From positions 186,001 through 250,000 of the forward strand of contig JAYWIR010000057.1 of assembly GCA_036172245.1 (NCBI GenBank): a DNA stretch of 64,000 nt, given 5' to 3'. The notes below the pieces were generated by a model. That model was not told the origin of the DNA and searched no databases. It worked only from the letters and a program-made list of their open reading frames with translations. The position numbers were made by a program, and so were the translations under genes. Positions 59,200 to 64,000 of this stretch are shown piece by piece. Source of the stretch: Raillietiella orientalis (lineage: Eukaryota). Position 1 is the stretch's first letter. Each line of letters begins with the position of its first letter.

Positions 59200-61760
59200 A
59201 AATCGCACGTCCTACGACATGCTGCTACGCCGGCACCACCGACGACGTCAGCATTGATGAAGTGTCCGTCGCAGGACGAAGAGCAACAGCGCGACGATAC
59301 TTCCGAAGCAGCAGCGAACCGAATCGCACCCCATGGGCTCTCCTTGCGTTTGTGATTGGCTGCGCCCGAGGCAGATGGCACTTTTTGCTGTCGCTGACGG
59401 TGGCGTCTCACGAAGCCGCACTTCCTGGGCGAATGTAGCTGCCCTGTTTATGAGGTACCCTTGCTGTCCATTTTCAAACTCTTCCGAAGTCAGGAGAACT
59501 ATCTTACGGTCATTCGGCTCGTTCGGTAAGTTTCCGCGATCGGGTTCAAAGGTCACTTCAATCTGATAAGTCAGGAAGGGGGGCTGAAGGACCTGGAAAC
59601 GCAAACTTGGGATGAACTGCCGAGATGCAAGCAAGAGGTTTGGAAGCCGCTTTGGTCCCGAGGTGCGCTTTGGTTCGGCCGCTCACTGCCATGGAAGAAC
59701 TCTGTTTAACGAGGAAGAAATTGACGGATGACTTCGGAAGGAAAGCACCTTTTTAGAGTGGAGGGTTGGGGAGTGAAAATAAATCTCGCAAGCCTCTATA
59801 AAAAATAATCGATCGCACACTTGTAGCCCTTGGAGAAAAAAAAAAAAAAAAAAAACAAGGACGAACAAGTGAAAAGGGAAAAGGAGGGAGAGGGGAAGAT
59901 GAAAGGTGACAACACTAAAAATACACTATTAGAAAACAGGATACGCACGATCCTTACTCGGGTTCTCGGGTTTCATTTATGACTTTTCAGATCAGGCGGT
60001 TCACTCCACGTGCGAGCAAATCGCGCAGTGCCCGCAACCCGACGGCGGCAGCGACATCTCTGGAAGAACAAATGAAGGACCAATGGAAGTCCCTGAACTG
60101 TCCTGAACGTAGAAGATAGAAAAGAAAACTAGAAAACTAAATCACAGTGCTGCCCCGCATTGCAGATGAAGGAGACGGGTAGCACTCACCAAAACCGTTG
60201 GCCATGATTCGGGCGAAAATCTTTCGCACCATGGCATCGGGAGCGAGCCTGAAGGGCAAGTTGTGAGAGAGAGAGAGAGAGAGAGAAACATGTAAATCTG
60301 GAACTGATGGAGAAAGAGGGCATGACCGAGACTGCGAACAGCCTTCTTAGGGCAAACGCACAGCACTGAGCTCTTTGCTCAAATGAAGAAGCAGCGCAAC
60401 TTCCATCGAGCTGCAAACGCGTGTGACGAGTGACGAGAACAAGAAAAATAATAGAAGACAGTGTTGAAGTTGCTGAGAAGAAACAGTCTCATGGAGAACG
60501 AGCCCACTGCCCTGCAGATTATGCACGGTTTCGTCGGAGAAAGCGCTGATGAGCGGTCAGTTCTTTAAGAAGAAATGTAGGGTATCGTCAAGCCTTCTTC
60601 CTACGCCCGCAAGCCCAATGTGCTCTTCCCTGTCACAGCTGCGCTGGAATTTCATCTGCCAGACTTCGACTCTTTCAGCTTTTCTATTTCTCAGATGCTC
60701 GCTGAATCTACCAAGAGACAAAGAAGCGCTCACAAGAGTGAAGGAGAAAATAGCAAGGGAAAACGGGAAACCAAAGCTGTCAATGCAACCACGGAAATTC
60801 GTTGCGGGGTCCAAGGCATCGACTTCGGAAAGTGTTTTCCGCCAAGAGTGGATGGTGATTGTGCAGTGTTCTGCAAATGAGTGCCAGGCCACCTGGATAG
60901 TTTCCTAGCCACTTCTTTTGGATGAATCAACAGAGAAACCATCAAGTCTTATAGATTTGTTTGATGCTGGTCTGTTAACAATCCATTTGAATGGATTCCA
61001 CTTTATATAAGGAAAGAATGGCTTTGTAGCATGCAACCAAGCATGAAAATTTCCACTAATGGGCACGCATTCAGCATTCTTCGAAACCTCTGCCAGAAAG
61101 CTTTCTTCGTCTTAGATGCCGAAATCAAATGCATTGAACTGCAGAAGAACCAGAGAAAAAATGAAAATCAATCAACACTGTGCGACCGACAGGAACACCG
61201 GGGAAAAAATCAATGTTTCGTCTTCTTGCAACCTCTACTGTGGAAACGGCTCGGAAATTAGTGTTATCCATGAAAAACACTTCCTGCAAATAGATGCGGG
61301 TTGTCAAACAGAGCTTCCGTGGTGCACACAGAATCACCGTACAAGTTCCACCCACTCTTGTGCTGCTTCCACTCTTCAGTTGCTTAGAAAGGTAATCTCA
61401 GCAGTGGCAGCCATGTGGAGTGGTATGGGGACTGGCAAACGCAATCGACACCGCAACTGCGAGCTCTTCTAATATGGCAACACTACATGTACAACCTCTA
61501 GTAAGATTTCAGATCGTACCGCGGAGCCTTTCCTCCGGAAAGTGCCTCAAATGTGGATCTTTCTCGGTAGAATGACCTATTCTCCTTGGTATTCCTTAAA
61601 TGAGGAAATTACCAATTCAATAAATGTGGTTGGTAGCAGCCATCCATCGGAAACTGCATCACGAGAATCGTCTCTTGTGATCCACCGCGTTGCATCCAAC
61701 TGACTGTACCACAGCTTAGATGCGATGCGCCGTGCTTCATCGGTCACAGGGTAAGCAGGG
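59200..61760. mobile_element. Degenerate piggyBac-like transposase relics (plus ~59200-61250; minus ~61260-61760)
   Basis: Plus strand: acidic N-terminus, DGT, PLLSIFKLF, PLAMIR (cf. DxLAxIR), FLG (cf. FxGR), DLFD. Minus strand: NAVD...RW and a Cys-rich C-terminus (SICRKC). Confidence 0.4.
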
Positions 61761-62892
61761 TTGCTGCTTCCGCGCCAGCAGAGAATCTCGTGCGAAAACC
61801 GTGCTGAAAGATGACTCTGGATTTAAAGATCCCCGCATCCTTTCAAGTCCCCAACACGTGCGAATACTGGTCGCTCGCCTTTCTTAAACGAACTTTGCGT
61901 GAAACTTTTCATGTAACACCTGAATCCAACATTTTCCTGTTGAAATAAAGTTGTGTCAGGGGTGTGGGGGCTTCAGGATGCTCGTGCTTTGCATCTTTAC
62001 AGATGTCAAGCGCGAACGATAACTTCGGGTCCATGAATTGCAGGATCCAGCAACAAGATCAGAAAAGGAAAAAATTTTTTTTTACTAAATGACAAAACGA
62101 AGCAAAGCTTGCATTTCGCAAACGATTTATGGTAAGATTCCAGAAAACGCCATTTTGGCTTGGGCTATTCGCAAAAACAAAAAAACAAAACTTCTGGTGA
62201 CGGAAAGTGCAATACCACTGAAGCAAACTGCCAATTCCTATCTGATAAAAACTTCACATCAACCAGCATGAAGGACAGCTTCCAAAAGGCGACCGCAACT
62301 TTCCTGAGACGTCATCATGAAACGGTCCCCTGCGGCTACCAAAGGTGACACTACTACTACGAGTGGTAGTACAACCCATTCCAAACAAACGCCAGAGACA
62401 GAAGGTAAGTTCGGCCCACCTGCACCTTGATGGCCAAGCTGCACAAGCCATGTCAGAGAAAGTGAACCCTCGAGTGACGGCAACACGCGATGTGGTCGTC
62501 GAAGCAGTGCCAAACTCTGCTGCCGCATTGGAAGAACGGCGTGGAAACGACAGTCCCGTCGAGGGAGACCCCCTCCTGCCACACAAAGCACTCCGAACCT
62601 GCAAGTGTCCGAAGGAGGTTTTCTCGATGGGTTCGCCCCACCCTGATGACGCATCCCAGCAGGGGAGACCTCCACTGGTGCAGCGTGCTTTCCGAAAGCG
62701 CCGCACGGCGGCGGCGGTGCACTCGTGTTCGACACACGTCACTTGGGGCTTCCGACACCACCGATCGGGGGCCGATCCAGAGTGGCTGCTGCCTCGAACC
62801 GGAAGCGTGGACGCAACACGGCCGACAGACAACCCGAATCGAACACAATGAAACGGCACACCACATAACTGCTAATAACAATGCTATACAAT

Positions 62893-62898
62893 TTTATT
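62893..62898 (-). terminator. Putative polyadenylation signal for UBA1
   Basis: AATAAA on the minus strand about 135 nt downstream of the UBA1 stop. Confidence 0.55.
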
Positions 62899-63033
62899 AC
62901 CGGTACACCATTCCGGGAACTGTCCGTTCGTGTATTCCTGGCATTTTTTATGTTTTTTGGCATGATCAGATATAGTTCTTCTGCAAAATATAAAGTCAAC
63001 TTTGAAACTCGTGCACGTACGGCACACCTGGTG

Positions 63034-63360
63034 CTATTCCTGGGGCAGCACGTAACGCACGTAGGGTACTTCGACGTCATCTCCCTCGTGGTTGTTACAA
63101 CACAATTCGAACACGAGGGCACGCACGTGAGGTTCGATGCGGCGTTTGGAGACGCGGCGCACCACTTCCGCCAGAGGCAAGGGCATGCGCTCGTCTCGCT
63201 TCGACGTCGGCATGAAGAACGAGTACAGCATGCACACGCCCTGCGACAACATCGTGACCTCGAGGCGGTACTCCCTTTGGAAGTAGTCCAGGAATTCACG
63301 CAACGTCATCTCCCCTTGCACCTCGAAACGATCCCACAGGGTCCACTCGGTATTGTTGTA
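63034..63360 (-). CDS. UBA1: UBA1 last coding exon (ubiquitin-fold domain)
   Basis: Acceptor ttttgcag|; [14 protein letters not shown]...[12 protein letters not shown]; stop TAG at 63036-63034. Confidence 0.94.
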   Translation of the reverse strand, partial: YNNTEWTLWDRFEVQGEMTLREFLDYFQREYRLEVTMLSQGVCMLYSFFMPTSKRDERMPLPLAEVVRRVSKRRIEPHVRALVFELCCNNHEGDDVEVPYVRYVLPQE

Positions 63361-64000
63361 CTGCAAAAGCCGGGGCACGGCAGGTGACGCGTGGGGCGGG
63401 CAGGGGCCAGGCTCAACTCACCTTCATCTTTGGTGCAGCGATTGGTTCCGAAAAACCAAGGAAGGGTAACGCCAAGTTGACGAAGCCGTTCTTGTAGTAT
63501 TTAAGCTCCTGGTGCTGCTGCGCCAATTTGTACAATTCGAGACACACGAGGCCGCTGACAAGAGACGTAGTCGTAGCGATGGCAGGTATGATCTTTCCGG
63601 CAATGAGTTTGCTCTAAGAGACACCTTCAATTACACCGCGCGGAATAAAAGGGAGCAGCGGCTTGCCTTATGACGATCGGCCAACGATATGCCGTAATTG
63701 AGGGCCCGCAGATTGGAAGCCGAAACAATAAAATCCATGTGGAAGTTGCTGTCATCATCTTTCTCAAACTCCAGAGGCGTGAGGCGCACAGAGCTCAGGG
63801 CTTCGACCGGAGGCAGCAGCTTCTGCAGCTCACCGAGTCGATCGGGGTCAGCTAGGAAATCTCTTCTTGCATTTTCCTGGGGTGAAAGGGGTAAATACCA
63901 AAGTTATGGTTGCTGTTCGCTTGGGCCTCCGTGTCGCTGACGTCGATTCGAACTCCAGACTTGGGGATAAACTTTGGAACTTCAATGCGACCGACAGTGT
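63034..64000 (-). CDS. UBA1: Ubiquitin-activating enzyme E1, 3' part (5' end outside the window); 4 exons: >64000-63899, 63851-63667, 63613-63422, 63360-63034
   Basis: Spliced translation ...[13 protein letters not shown]...[65 protein letters not shown]...[18 protein letters not shown].../[27 protein letters not shown]...DVEVPYVRY* matches the UBA1 C-terminal adenylation segment and ubiquitin-fold domain. Splice phases are consistent. Confidence 0.96.
63422..63613 (-). CDS. UBA1: UBA1 exon
   Basis: Acceptor ctcttag|; 64 codons [16 protein letters not shown]...[10 protein letters not shown]; donor AAG|GTGAGT. Confidence 0.93.
63667..63851 (-). CDS. UBA1: UBA1 exon
   Basis: Acceptor ttcctag|; encodes DPDRLGEL...[13 protein letters not shown]...ADRHK; followed by a GC donor (AAG|GCAAGC). 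Confidence 0.92.
63899..64000 (-). CDS. UBA1: UBA1 exon (partial; extends beyond the window)
   Basis: [33 protein letters not shown]; donor G|GTATTT, intron 63898-63852. Confidence 0.88.

Noticed and set aside
59248..59592. Minus-strand ORF with an acceptor-like start and hydrophobic C-terminus, resembling a terminal exon
   Set aside because: No coherent upstream exon chain could be built, and the opposite strand reads as a piggyBac-like N-terminal relic. Not fully excluded without RNA-seq.
60190..60248. Exon-like segment on the minus strand with good splice signals (cag|...|gtgagt)
   Set aside because: Every downstream acceptor and frame combination I tried stops quickly, and the plus strand matches the piggyBac-like relic.

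Overview
Eukaryotic (metazoan, probably invertebrate) genomic DNA; I cannot determine the species from the sequence. Only two host genes are supportable: an apparently intronless FoxD-class forkhead gene (+, 2731-3552, with an eh1 motif) and the last four exons of the ubiquitin-activating enzyme UBA1 (-, 63034 to beyond 64000). The UBA1 introns are tiny (47, 53, 61 nt) and one has a GC-AG donor. The ~59 kb between the genes is mostly decayed transposable elements recognised by eye from residual motifs: RTE-like LINEs, several piggyBac-like transposases, a Helitron Rep/helicase, and about 10 copies of a tRNA-headed SINE. The SINE has two interchangeable 3' tails and a body carrying repeated cUUCGg hairpin units. 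Notable structures are a 613-bp near-identical inverted repeat inside the old Helitron relic, a 72-bp inverted repeat pair, a 262-bp MITE-like foldback, a 67-nt near-perfect hairpin, and homeodomain/Sox/Fox site clusters in GC-rich DNA that may be FoxD enhancers. Almost all other ORFs in the track look like GC-rich noise. I found no convincing novel protein-coding system.
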